Virus record (IMG/VR): IMGVR_UViG_3300047472_000237
Location: 1 to 64,000 of that record
Direction: 5' to 3' (one strand)
From: a virus
Length of the DNA stretch: 64,000 nucleotides
Under the pieces are notes generated by a model. It had not been told where the DNA came from and did no database searches. It saw only the letters and a program-made list of their open reading frames with translations. Within the stretch, counting starts at the first letter, position 1. The number at the start of each line of letters is the position of its first letter. This document shows, in pieces, positions 17,024-25,929 of the stretch. The translations under genes were made by a program, and so were the position numbers.

Positions 17024-18532
17024 ATGGCAAAAGACAAGGGACCAGCGACAACGTCGGCCGCGTACGAAGCGATGCTGCCGATGTGGACAAAGATCCAGAC
17101 GCTCCTGGATGGCACTGACTCCATGCGCGCGGCGGGCACGGAGTACCTGCCGCAGCATCCGGAGGAGAGTGACGACGCATACAGCGAACGTCTCGCGAAG
17201 GCCACGCTCCTCAACATGCTGAAGATGACCCTCGACTCGTGGGTCGGCAAGCCGTTCAGCGCTCCCATCAAGTTCGGCGATGACATCCCGAAGGAGCTCA
17301 TCGACCTCACGGCCAACATCGACCTCCAGGGCAACGATCTCAACGTCTTTGGTCGCAACTGGTTCCGTGACGGCGTCGGCAAGGCGTTCAGTCACGTGCT
17401 GGTCGAGTTTCCCCGGCCGCAGCCGCGTGCTGACGGGCAGCCCCGCACGCTCGAGGACGACCGCCGCGACAAGCTGCGTCCGTACTGGGTGCACATCCGG
17501 CCGGAGAACGTCCTGTTCGCCAGCCGCGAGTTTCGCAATGGTGTCGAGCACGTGACCAGCGTCCGCATCCTCGAGCACCACACGACCCTGCAAGGCTTCG
17601 AGGAAGTCACCGTCTGCCGCATCCGCGAGATCACCCCCGGCTACGTCAAGATCTACGAAGAGATCAAGGACAAGAAGACGAAGAAGGTGGTCTGGAAGGT
17701 GGTCGACGAGTACCCGTACGACCTGCCGTACATCCCGCTCGTGACGTTCTACGCTGACCGCGAGGACTTCATGCGGGGCACCCCGCCGCTCAACGACCTG
17801 GCCGACCTGAACGTGTCCCACTGGCAGGGCCGCGCCGACCAGACCAGCGTGCTGACCGTCGCCCGCTTCCCGATCCTCGCCGTCAGCGGCGCGGTCACGG
17901 ACGACAAGATGGTCGTCGGCCCCAACGCGTGGCTTCACTGTCCCGACGCGGCCGGCCGGTTCTACTACGTCGAGCACTCCGGCAAGGCGATCAACGCCGG
18001 CCGCACCGACCTCATGGACCTCGAGGAGACCATGGCCGAGTACGGGGCGACCTTCCTCAAGAAGCGTCCCGGCGGTGCCAGCGCGACCGCTCGTGCCCTC
18101 GACACGGCGGAGACGACCTCGCCGCTCCAGGACATGGCGATCCGCTTCCAGTCGGCCCTGGCCCGCGCCATGCAGTTCACCGCTGACTGGCTCAAGATCA
18201 AGGCGGAAGTCGGCACGTGGTCGGTCAACCTCGACTTCGGCATCGACGCGTCGGATGCTCCCCACCTCACGAGCCTCAGCGAGGCCCGCAAGAACAAGGA
18301 CATCAGCCGGACGCGTTACACCAAGGAGCTCCAACGTATGGGAGTTCTGGACGAGGACTACGACTCGGAAGCCGACCTCAAGCTGCTGGATGCGGAAGCC
18401 GCCAAGGCCCTGGTCGAGCAGAAGGCTCAGCTGGAGCTCCAGGCGTCCATGGCACCCAAGCCGGCCCCCGGCGCGCCGGGCGACCCGCCGCAGCCTGGGC
18501 CGAAGCCGCCCGTGGAAAAGAAATCCGAGTGA
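17024..18532 (+). CDS. Portal protein (DUF4055 type)
   Basis: 'MRAAGTEYLPQHPEESDDAYSERL...RPYWVHIRPE...IPLVTFY...PPLNDLADLNVSHWQ'; follows terL. Confidence 0.9.
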   Translation: MAKDKGPATTSAAYEAMLPMWTKIQTLLDGTDSMRAAGTEYLPQHPEESDDAYSERLAKATLLNMLKMTLDSWVGKPFSAPIKFGDDIPKELIDLTANIDLQGNDLNVFGRNWFRDGVGKAFSHVLVEFPRPQPRADGQPRTLEDDRRDKLRPYWVHIRPENVLFASREFRNGVEHVTSVRILEHHTTLQGFEEVTVCRIREITPGYVKIYEEIKDKKTKKVVWKVVDEYPYDLPYIPLVTFYADREDFMRGTPPLNDLADLNVSHWQGRADQTSVLTVARFPILAVSGAVTDDKMVVGPNAWLHCPDAAGRFYYVEHSGKAINAGRTDLMDLEETMAEYGATFLKKRPGGASATARALDTAETTSPLQDMAIRFQSALARAMQFTADWLKIKAEVGTWSVNLDFGIDASDAPHLTSLSEARKNKDISRTRYTKELQRMGVLDEDYDSEADLKLLDAEAAKALVEQKAQLELQASMAPKPAPGAPGDPPQPGPKPPVEKKSE

Positions 18533-18682
18533 CGTTGTTGTCTTTCACTCGGCACTGCTATCGTTTGGTCCGCAAGGCAGCCGGCCCTCCTGTATCACGC
18601 GTCGCATGACGCCGGGAAGGGCCAACTGGAGCGTGATGCTCACAGAGTTCGAATCACAGCGTGATGCTGTGGGAAGGTCAGC

Positions 18683-19477
18683 ATGGAGTTCGATTTCGCC
18701 AAGAACACGTCGGTCACCGACGTGAACACGATCCCCTCCGATTTCCGCGGTCTCTACAAACAGGACGGCGACAAGTACGTTCTGGACAACGAGCACGTGG
18801 GCGTCAAGAGCGCCGTGTCCGCGATCACCGGCCTGAACAACGCACTCCGCGCCGCCCGCGCCGAGGCGAAGAACAAGACCACCGGCCCCGACCTCACGCC
18901 GCTGAAGGAATGGGGCGACACCCCCGAGGCCATCCTCGCGAAGTTCAACGAAACCAAGACCGGCCTGGAAGGGCAGATCAAGGGCGTGAACATCGAGAAG
19001 ATCAAGGAAGACCTCGCCAAGGAACACAGCGGCACCCACACCAAGCTCACCAAGCGCGCCGAGGCCCTCCAAGGCCAGCTGCACAAGCTGCTCGTGTCCG
19101 GCGAGGCGACCACCGCCATCAGCGGACTCAAGGGCGACGTCGAACTGCTCATGCCGTTTGTCGCTCAGCAGGTCAAGGTCGCCGAGAGCAAGGACGGCGA
19201 GTTCCTCGTGCACGTCGTCGACCAGGCCGGCGACATCCGCTACAGCGGCGTGACCGGCGCTCCCATGAGCATCAAGGAGCTCGTGGCTGAGATGAAGGCC
19301 AACGAACGCTACGGCAAGCTGTTCGCCAGCGAAGCCGCCAACGGTGGTGGTGCCGACGCGGGTGCGTCGAACAAGGCCCCGAACGCCGCGCAGCGCCAGG
19401 CCGCCGCCAAGGGTGACATGTCCGCCATGGACAAGATCCGTGCCGGTCTCACCAAGAAGGGCAATCTCTCCTCGTAA
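18683..19477 (+). CDS. Capsid scaffolding protein
   Basis: Coiled-coil protein immediately before the capsid gene; C-terminal 'MSAMDKIRAGL' as in YuA-like scaffolds. Confidence 0.8.
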   Translation: MEFDFAKNTSVTDVNTIPSDFRGLYKQDGDKYVLDNEHVGVKSAVSAITGLNNALRAARAEAKNKTTGPDLTPLKEWGDTPEAILAKFNETKTGLEGQIKGVNIEKIKEDLAKEHSGTHTKLTKRAEALQGQLHKLLVSGEATTAISGLKGDVELLMPFVAQQVKVAESKDGEFLVHVVDQAGDIRYSGVTGAPMSIKELVAEMKANERYGKLFASEAANGGGADAGASNKAPNAAQRQAAAKGDMSAMDKIRAGLTKKGNLSS

Positions 19478-19505
19478 ACACGAGACGAGATCCCGGTTCC
19501 AAGAA

Positions 19506-19551
19506 AAATCACCCCCGGCACTTGTAAGTGCCGGGGGTGATTTGCTATCGT
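19506..19551 (+). promoter_or_regulatory. 18-bp inverted repeat overlapping the capsid promoter
   Basis: AAATCACCCCCGGCACTT-gt-AAGTGCCGGGGGTGATTT; TTGTAA-18-TATCGT with extended -10 TG. Confidence 0.65.
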
Positions 19552-19677
19552 TCACCGATTCACCTGACGACGATGTGTCGACAGGCAAAGATGCAGCCCT
19601 CAGGGTGATCCTGTTCGGGGCGGCGAAGAAGCTGCAACCGAACACACATTCGCCCCAGAAGGGCGGGAGAAGAAGCA

Positions 19678-20601
19678 ATGGCCTCCGTTACCCTCGCTGA
19701 AAGCGCCAAGCTCGCTCAGAACGATCTGATCGCTGGCGTCATCGAAAACGTCATCACCGTCAACAAGATGTTCGGCGTCCTGCCGTTCGACGGCATCGAC
19801 GGCAACGCGCTGGCCTACAACCGCGAGAACGTCCTCGGCGACGTTCAGGTCGCTGGTGTCGGCGACGCGGTGACCGCCAAGGCGGCTGCGACCTTCACGC
19901 AGGTCACGAGCTCCCTCACCACGATCATCGGCGATGCTGAGGTCAACGGCCTCATCCAGGCGACCCGCTCCGGCGACGGCAACGACCAGACCGCGATCCA
20001 GATCGCGTCGAAGTCGAAGTCGGCCGGCCGTAAGTACCAGGACATGCTGATCAACGGCGACGGCACCAGCAACACCTTCGCCGGTCTCCGCACCCTGTGT
20101 GCGAACGGCCAGAAGATCCCGGCGGTCGACGCGAACGGTGACAACCTCAGCTTCACCCTGCTCGACAACCTGATGGACACGGTCACGGACAAGGACGGTG
20201 CGGTCGACTACTTCGCGATGCACGCCCGTACCATCCGCAGCTACATGGTCCTGCTCCGCGCCCTCGGCGGTGCCAGCATCAGCGAGACGGTCACGCTGCC
20301 CAACGGCGAGCAGGTGCCCGCCTACCGTGGCGTCCCGATCTTCCGCAACGACTATATCCCGATCAACCTCACGACTGGTGCCAACAGCACCACGACCGTG
20401 GTCATCGCGGGTACGCTCGACGACGGCTCGCGTCAGCACGGTATCGCCGGCCTCACCGCCGAGAAGCAGGCCGGTCTGCACGTGGTCGACGTCGGTGAGA
20501 AGGAAGACGCCGACGAGCACATCTGGCGTGTCAAGTGGTACGCCGGCCTGGCCCTGTTCAGCGAGAAGGGCCTCGCGATGGCCACGGGCATCGAGGACTA
20601 A
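19678..20601 (+). CDS. Major capsid protein (HK97 fold)
   Basis: 'MASVTLAESAKLAQNDLIAGVIE...LPFDGIDGNALAYNRE...WRVKWYAGLALFS', YuA-like MCP; strongly biased codons. Confidence 0.92.
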   Translation: MASVTLAESAKLAQNDLIAGVIENVITVNKMFGVLPFDGIDGNALAYNRENVLGDVQVAGVGDAVTAKAAATFTQVTSSLTTIIGDAEVNGLIQATRSGDGNDQTAIQIASKSKSAGRKYQDMLINGDGTSNTFAGLRTLCANGQKIPAVDANGDNLSFTLLDNLMDTVTDKDGAVDYFAMHARTIRSYMVLLRALGGASISETVTLPNGEQVPAYRGVPIFRNDYIPINLTTGANSTTTVVIAGTLDDGSRQHGIAGLTAEKQAGLHVVDVGEKEDADEHIWRVKWYAGLALFSEKGLAMATGIED

Positions 20602-20685
20602 TCCTCGACGTGACGAGTGAAACCTGAACCATGGACGGCCGGGGTCGTATAACGGCCCCGGCCGTCCGTCCAACTGGAGATCGCA

Positions 20686-21252
20686 ATGGCCTTGTTCAAA
20701 GTCGAATCCGCGCCGGGAGCTCCGGTTCCCCGCTTCAACGGCATCGATGCGTATGTCGTGCAGGCGAACAACTCGACGGAGGCCAAGGCACTCGCGAAGG
20801 GTGCCGTCAACGGCGACTCCGACGCCGTGTGGGACGCCGCTACCGTGACCGACCTCTCCACCGCTGGGCCTGTCGCCCTGACCGGCTGGGTGTTCGCGAT
20901 CGGTATCAACACCGCCTCGCCCATCGCCGTATCGGTGACCGGCGACTCGGACGACACGCTCGACGACGTCGGTGCCAAGCTGGTGACCGCGCTCAACGCG
21001 ACGGTGATCAACGCGGCGGCCTACAACACCGGCACGAACGTGCTGACCGTTGCGGCCGTTGCGGACGGTATCGGTGACAAGACCGTGACCATCACCGTCA
21101 CCCCTCCGGAAGGCGTCTACGCCACCGGCGGCTTCGTCCAGGGCAACCTGGTGGCGAGCAAGACGGACGGCGGCATCGCGGCGGCCGATCTGCGTGTGAC
21201 CTTCTCGACTTCGTGGGTGGTTCCCGGCCGGCTCACCGGCTACAAGCAGTAA
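20686..21252 (+). CDS. Virion structural protein (possible head decoration)
   Basis: GGAG RBS; beta-rich Ala/Thr/Val sequence directly after MCP. Confidence 0.65.
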   Translation: MALFKVESAPGAPVPRFNGIDAYVVQANNSTEAKALAKGAVNGDSDAVWDAATVTDLSTAGPVALTGWVFAIGINTASPIAVSVTGDSDDTLDDVGAKLVTALNATVINAAAYNTGTNVLTVAAVADGIGDKTVTITVTPPEGVYATGGFVQGNLVASKTDGGIAAADLRVTFSTSWVVPGRLTGYKQ

Positions 21253-21261
21253 AGGTTCCCC

Positions 21262-21462
21262 ATGGCCAGCTTCAAGTTTGTCAGGCAGAACTCCGGCAAT
21301 GCCAATCGGCAGTACGGCGTTCACTTCGACCGGCTCGGTGCTGGCCTTGGCCGCCGCAAGCAACGGACGGCAGCGGACATGACCGAGATCAAAGCGGGTG
21401 CTCCCCGCGTGTACCCCACCGGGACGGACAGGAAGTCCCCTGTCCTCCCCGGCGGCCGATAA
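21262..21462 (+). CDS. Small basic protein
   Basis: AAGG RBS; fills the gap in the head module. Confidence 0.55.
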   Translation: MASFKFVRQNSGNANRQYGVHFDRLGAGLGRRKQRTAADMTEIKAGAPRVYPTGTDRKSPVLPGGR

Positions 21463-21477
21463 GCCCAGGAGGTCAGC

Positions 21478-22128
21478 GTGGCGTTTGTCCCCGAAACTGG
21501 TGAGGGTCTCGAAACCGCGAACGCCTACATCGACGTGGCCTTCGCGGATTCGTACCATGCCGACCGGGGGCACATCTCTTGGGACGCCCTGGGCCTGAGC
21601 GATCCCCCGGCCATCCTCGCCAAGAAGCAACAGTGCATCGTCCGCGCCACCGACTACGTCAACAAGCGGTTCGGCCGCCGGTTCCGAGGCGTCAAGCAGA
21701 ACCGCCGCCAGGCCCTTGAGTGGCCCCGGATGAACGCATACGACAACGACGGCTACAGCCTCGCGGACATCGATGAGATCCCGCGTGCCCTTCAGGCCGC
21801 CATCGCCGAGTACGCCCTCCGCGCCGCACTCGTCGGCGAGCTCGCACCTGACCCCATCCCCGTGGTTCCCCGCCAAGACCTTGGCGTCGAGGAGCCGACC
21901 GTCGAGACGACGTATGCCGGCGGCCAGGTCAGCCGCGTGTCCGAGAAGGTCGACGTCATCGAGGAGACCGTGTCGTACATGACGCCGATCCAGATGGCGA
22001 GCGTCGGCCGGAACAAGACCATCCTGAGCACCCTGGTGTCGGATGCCATGATCCCCGAGTACCCGGCGGCAGACATGCTGCTGGAGGAACTCCTGACCTC
22101 CCAACGGCGAACCGTCGCGCGAGGATAA
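21478..22128 (+). CDS. Head-tail adaptor (DnaT-like family)
   Basis: 'ETGEGLETANAYIDVAFADSYHADRG...RATDY...QALEWPR...IPRALQAAIAEYA'. Confidence 0.8.
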   Translation: MAFVPETGEGLETANAYIDVAFADSYHADRGHISWDALGLSDPPAILAKKQQCIVRATDYVNKRFGRRFRGVKQNRRQALEWPRMNAYDNDGYSLADIDEIPRALQAAIAEYALRAALVGELAPDPIPVVPRQDLGVEEPTVETTYAGGQVSRVSEKVDVIEETVSYMTPIQMASVGRNKTILSTLVSDAMIPEYPAADMLLEELLTSQRRTVARG

Positions 22129-22131
22129 GAC

Positions 22132-22530
22132 ATGGCGAACTACACCAAGCTGGCGGCCACCGCCAAGCGGCTCATCGAGAAGAACGGGGCGGCCGTAACG
22201 CTCCGCCGCCCGCCCACGGAGCAGGCCGTCCTGAACGCCTCGCAGCCCTGGAGGGGCAACGACCCGGCCGCCGCCGCCAACGCCGGTGGGCAGGTCGAGC
22301 AAGCCGCCAAGGCGGTCCTGCTCGACTGGAAACTGGCCGACGGCTCAGCGGACACGACGCGCCGGGGCATGAAGCGGGCGCTGGTCGCCGCGAACTCCGT
22401 GCCCGGAGTGGACCTGGCCGATTACACCGCTTTGGTGGACCCGGCCGGCACTGTGTGGAAGATCGATGGCGTCAACCCGCTCGCCCCAGGGGGAATCACG
22501 CTGCTGTTCGAACTCACGTTGAAGAAGTAA
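22132..22530 (+). CDS. Head closure/stopper protein
   Basis: 'YTKLAATAKRLIEKNGAAVTL...VNPLAPGGITLLFEL'; synteny. Confidence 0.7.
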   Translation: MANYTKLAATAKRLIEKNGAAVTLRRPPTEQAVLNASQPWRGNDPAAAANAGGQVEQAAKAVLLDWKLADGSADTTRRGMKRALVAANSVPGVDLADYTALVDPAGTVWKIDGVNPLAPGGITLLFELTLKK

Positions 22531-22531
22531 A

Positions 22532-22978
22532 ATGCCAGCAACCACTCGACAAGCTCGCGACCAGATGAACGCCCTGTTCAAGGTGGCGGTCGACGCCAAC
22601 ACTGCTCACCCGCAGATGGTCGGCTTCGTCACCATCTGGGACGGAGTCGACAAGCAGCCGGCTCCCCCGAACTCGCCCACGCCCTGGGCACGAGTCGCGA
22701 TTCGCCACAACTCCGGCGGACAGAAAAGTCTTGCCAACGATCGGGGGAAGAAGCGGTTCACCCGTACCGGCTTCGTCGTCATCCAGCTTTTCACCAACCC
22801 GAACGACGGCCTGGTGTCCAACGACGAAATCACTGCTATACTTCTCAGCGCGTACGAAGGGAAGACGACGTCAGGTGGCGTCTTCTTCCGCAACGTCCGC
22901 TCTCAGGAAGTCGGCCAGGACGGTGCCTGGTATCAGACGAATGTCTTCGCAGACTTCGAGTACGAACAGATCAAGTAA
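22532..22978 (+). CDS. Tail terminator protein
   Basis: 'PWARVAIRH...RTGFVVIQLF...WYQTNVFADFEYE'; precedes the tail tube gene. Confidence 0.75.
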   Translation: MPATTRQARDQMNALFKVAVDANTAHPQMVGFVTIWDGVDKQPAPPNSPTPWARVAIRHNSGGQKSLANDRGKKRFTRTGFVVIQLFTNPNDGLVSNDEITAILLSAYEGKTTSGGVFFRNVRSQEVGQDGAWYQTNVFADFEYEQIK

Positions 22979-22993
22979 CTGGAGAACGATCCG

Positions 22994-24550
22994 ATGGCCA
23001 AGCTCAACAAAATTGACAGCAACTCGACCGCGTCGAGCTACTGTGAGGAAGCAAGCCTCGGCGTGCTCCCCGCCGCTGCGTCCCAGGTGTGGACGCCGCT
23101 CGAGCCGAACAGCTACAGCGACTTCGGTGGTCAGGTGACCACGGTCGCCCGCAATCCGATCAACAGCGGTCGTCAGCGCAAGAAGGGCGTCGTGACCGAC
23201 ATCGAGGCCAGCGGTGGCCTCAACTCGGACATCACGCAGACGAACATCCAGGGCCTCATGCAGGGGTTCACCTTCTCCGACCTCCGACGCAAGAACGAGA
23301 AGACGGCCATCACGTCCGTCACCGCCGGCACCAAGAAGTACGCCCTGGTCACGAGCGGCTACCGCGTCGGCGACCTGGTGTTCTTCAGCGGCTTCGCCAA
23401 CGCGGCCAACAACGGCCTCAAGCGCGTCACCGCCGTGGACGGCACGGACGTCACGGTCGCTGAGACCGTCGTCGACGAGACCGTCGCCGGCTCCGTCAAG
23501 GCGGTCGCAGTCGGCTTCCAGTTCACCGCTGCGGATGCCACCATCGACGGCGACGGTGCCTCGCTCCCGGCCCTCGAGACCACCACCAAGGATCTGACCC
23601 AACTCGGTCTGATCCCCGGCGAGTTCATCTTCATCGGCGGCGACGGTGCTGCGGAGAAGTTCGCGACGGCTGCCAACAACGGCTTCGCCCGCGTCCGCTC
23701 CGTCGCGGCCGGCGTGATCACCTTCGACAAGACCAGCGACACGATGGTCGATGACGCCGGCACGGGCAAGACCCTCCGGGTGTTCTTCGGCCGCGTGCTC
23801 AAGAACGAAGTCGGTACGCTGATCAAGCGTCGTTCCTACACGCTGGAGCGCCGCCTCGGTGCCAACGACGACTCCGACCTCACGCGGGAACAGGCCGAGT
23901 ATCTCGAGGGTGCCATCGCCAGCGAGTTCTCGCTGAACGTGCCCACCGCCGAGAAGGCCACGGTCGACATCTCCTTCATGGCGCTGCGGAACTCGACCAT
24001 CGACGAGAACATCAGCGGGGCCAACACCCTGCTCACCAAGGTCGCCAGCGTGGTGAACACCCCGCTGATCGAGGCGGACGCCTTCAACACGAGCTCGGAC
24101 GTCAGCCGCATCAAGCTGGCGTCGGTCGTCGCCGGCCAGCCGAACCCGGAGCCGCTCTTCGCGTTCGTGCAGGAGTTCAGCCTGACGGTCAACAACAACC
24201 TCACGGGCAACAAGGCCGTCGGTGTCACCGGCAGCTTCGAAGTCACGGCCGGCACCTTCGAGGTCGGCGGCAACATCACGGCATACTTCAGCGACGTCGC
24301 TGCGGTGGAAGCCGTGAAGAACAACGCTGACATCACGCTGGAAGCCCACTTCGTCAAGTCGAACGCGGGTATCACCTTCGACGTCCCGCTCATCACCCTG
24401 GGCGACGGCCGCCCGAACGTGGAACAGGACCAGGCAATCACCTTGCCGCTCGAGACGATGGCCGCCACCGGCGCGAAGATCGACCCGAACCTGAACCACA
24501 CCCTGTTGATCGTGTTCTGGGACTACCTCCCGAACGCGGCCGACCTGTAA
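22994..24550 (+). CDS. Major tail tube protein
   Basis: 'LEPNSYSDFGGQVTTVARNPINSGRQRKKG', YuA-like tube protein. Confidence 0.88.
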   Translation: MAKLNKIDSNSTASSYCEEASLGVLPAAASQVWTPLEPNSYSDFGGQVTTVARNPINSGRQRKKGVVTDIEASGGLNSDITQTNIQGLMQGFTFSDLRRKNEKTAITSVTAGTKKYALVTSGYRVGDLVFFSGFANAANNGLKRVTAVDGTDVTVAETVVDETVAGSVKAVAVGFQFTAADATIDGDGASLPALETTTKDLTQLGLIPGEFIFIGGDGAAEKFATAANNGFARVRSVAAGVITFDKTSDTMVDDAGTGKTLRVFFGRVLKNEVGTLIKRRSYTLERRLGANDDSDLTREQAEYLEGAIASEFSLNVPTAEKATVDISFMALRNSTIDENISGANTLLTKVASVVNTPLIEADAFNTSSDVSRIKLASVVAGQPNPEPLFAFVQEFSLTVNNNLTGNKAVGVTGSFEVTAGTFEVGGNITAYFSDVAAVEAVKNNADITLEAHFVKSNAGITFDVPLITLGDGRPNVEQDQAITLPLETMAATGAKIDPNLNHTLLIVFWDYLPNAADL

Positions 24551-24572
24551 TCGGTGAAGGGGAGAGCACCAC

Positions 24573-24604
24573 GTGTCGGCTCCGGATTATTCCGGAGCCG
24601 ACAT
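24573..24604. terminator. Strong hairpin after the tail tube gene
   Basis: TGTCGGCTCCGGA-ttat-TCCGGAGCCGACA then ttgttt. Confidence 0.55.
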
Positions 24605-24712
24605 TGTTTCGGCTTGCCCACCGCTTCACCTTCCGGTACATTTCACTCCTCACGCTCGACAGCGGTCGGGCACTTGTAGAGAGTTCAGCGATAGTTTCAC
24701 GGAGCACTGATC

Positions 24713-25132
24713 ATGGCAAGCACTTACGGCGCATACAAGACCGACGAGAACCGCGAACGCACGGGCGTGAAGCTCGACCTCGGCGAGGCTGGCAAGTTCC
24801 AGATCGCCCGCGCCGGCGGCGGCAACTCGAACTTCGAGAAGCGCCTCCAGGCCGTCACGAAGCCGTACCGCCGCGCGATCCAGACCGGCAACATCGACAA
24901 GAAGATCGCGGATCGTCTTCTTGCCGAGACGTACGCCGACACGGTGCTGCTCGGCTGGGAAGGCGTCAGCGGCGAAGACGGCAAGGAGCTCCCGTTCAAT
25001 CGCGACAACGCGATCAAGCTGTTCACCGATCTCCCCGACCTGTTCAAGGAGATCCGCGAGACGGCGGAAGACGCGACCCTCTACCGCGCCGAGCTCAATG
25101 GGGTGGACGCAAAAAACTCTGTGACTGCCTGA
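24713..25132 (+). CDS. Tail assembly chaperone (G-like)
   Basis: 'FQIARAGGGN...KPYRR...VLLGWEGV...LPDLF'; between tube and tape measure. Confidence 0.85.
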   Translation: MASTYGAYKTDENRERTGVKLDLGEAGKFQIARAGGGNSNFEKRLQAVTKPYRRAIQTGNIDKKIADRLLAETYADTVLLGWEGVSGEDGKELPFNRDNAIKLFTDLPDLFKEIRETAEDATLYRAELNGVDAKNSVTA

Positions 25133-25461
25133 TCTACGCCCTGGAGCAGGGCAAGACAGAGCAGAAGATCATCGCCGACTGCATACGCACGAGGCGGCCG
25201 TTCCCCAAGGCCATTGCGAATGCTCCCGAGCTCTTCTTGGGTCTCGAGTTCGTCTATGGTGCGTACTTCGAGCTGAGCTCGTGTCGCGATTACGGTTGGG
25301 GAATGGGGCCGATCCCCTGGACGGCCATCCAGGACTACGCCGAGTCTCATTCGCTCGACGAAGACGACACGCTCGACTTCCGGTATTTCATCCAGGAACT
25401 CGACCGCGCGCACCTGGAGTGGATCAACGCGAAGAGCGCCAAGGATTCGGCGAAGAAGTGA
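25111..25461 (+). CDS. -1 frameshift extension of the tail chaperone (GT-like)
   Basis: Slippery A AAA AAC at 25111-25117; the -1 frame is open to 25461 with 'FELSSCR..GMGPIPWTAIQDYA'. Confidence 0.8.
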   Translation, partial: KKLCDCLIYALEQGKTEQKIIADCIRTRRPFPKAIANAPELFLGLEFVYGAYFELSSCRDYGWGMGPIPWTAIQDYAESHSLDEDDTLDFRYFIQELDRAHLEWINAKSAKDSAKK

Positions 25462-25494
25462 TGTTGGGAGGCCGTCGCGAGTGTATAATTCGTG

Positions 25495-25929
25495 ATGGCC
25501 TCCCTTCACGCATTCTCGGCTACGATGGACACTCGCGTGAAGGCGATTGGGAAGAACGTCAACGGCACAAAGCGTGCCGTCGCGAAGGCGGTCATCAGAG
25601 AGTGTATCGTCTCCACGCCCGTCGACAAGGGTGTCGCCCGTTCCAACTGGCAGGCACTTCTCGGAGACTACTCGGCCGACAAGGTTCCCGCGTTCGCACC
25701 AGGAAACCACCTGGGCCTGGCGGAAACCGCGAACGCTGACGCTGCCATCCAGGCGGCCAACTCGGCCATCGACCGAGCCGCGCCGGGGGAAGACATCGTA
25801 GTCCTGAACAACGTCGACTACATCGAGACGCTGAACAACGGATCGTCTACCCAGATGGCTGCGAACTTTGTCCAGAAGGGGATCGGGGCCGGCATTGCCG
25901 CCGTCAACAGCATGAAGGTGGTGCCGTAA
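25495..25929 (+). CDS. Tail completion/neck protein (HK97 gp10-like)
   Basis: 'TPVDKGVARSNWQ...NNVDYIETLNNGSSTQ'. Confidence 0.8.
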   Translation: MASLHAFSATMDTRVKAIGKNVNGTKRAVAKAVIRECIVSTPVDKGVARSNWQALLGDYSADKVPAFAPGNHLGLAETANADAAIQAANSAIDRAAPGEDIVVLNNVDYIETLNNGSSTQMAANFVQKGIGAGIAAVNSMKVVP

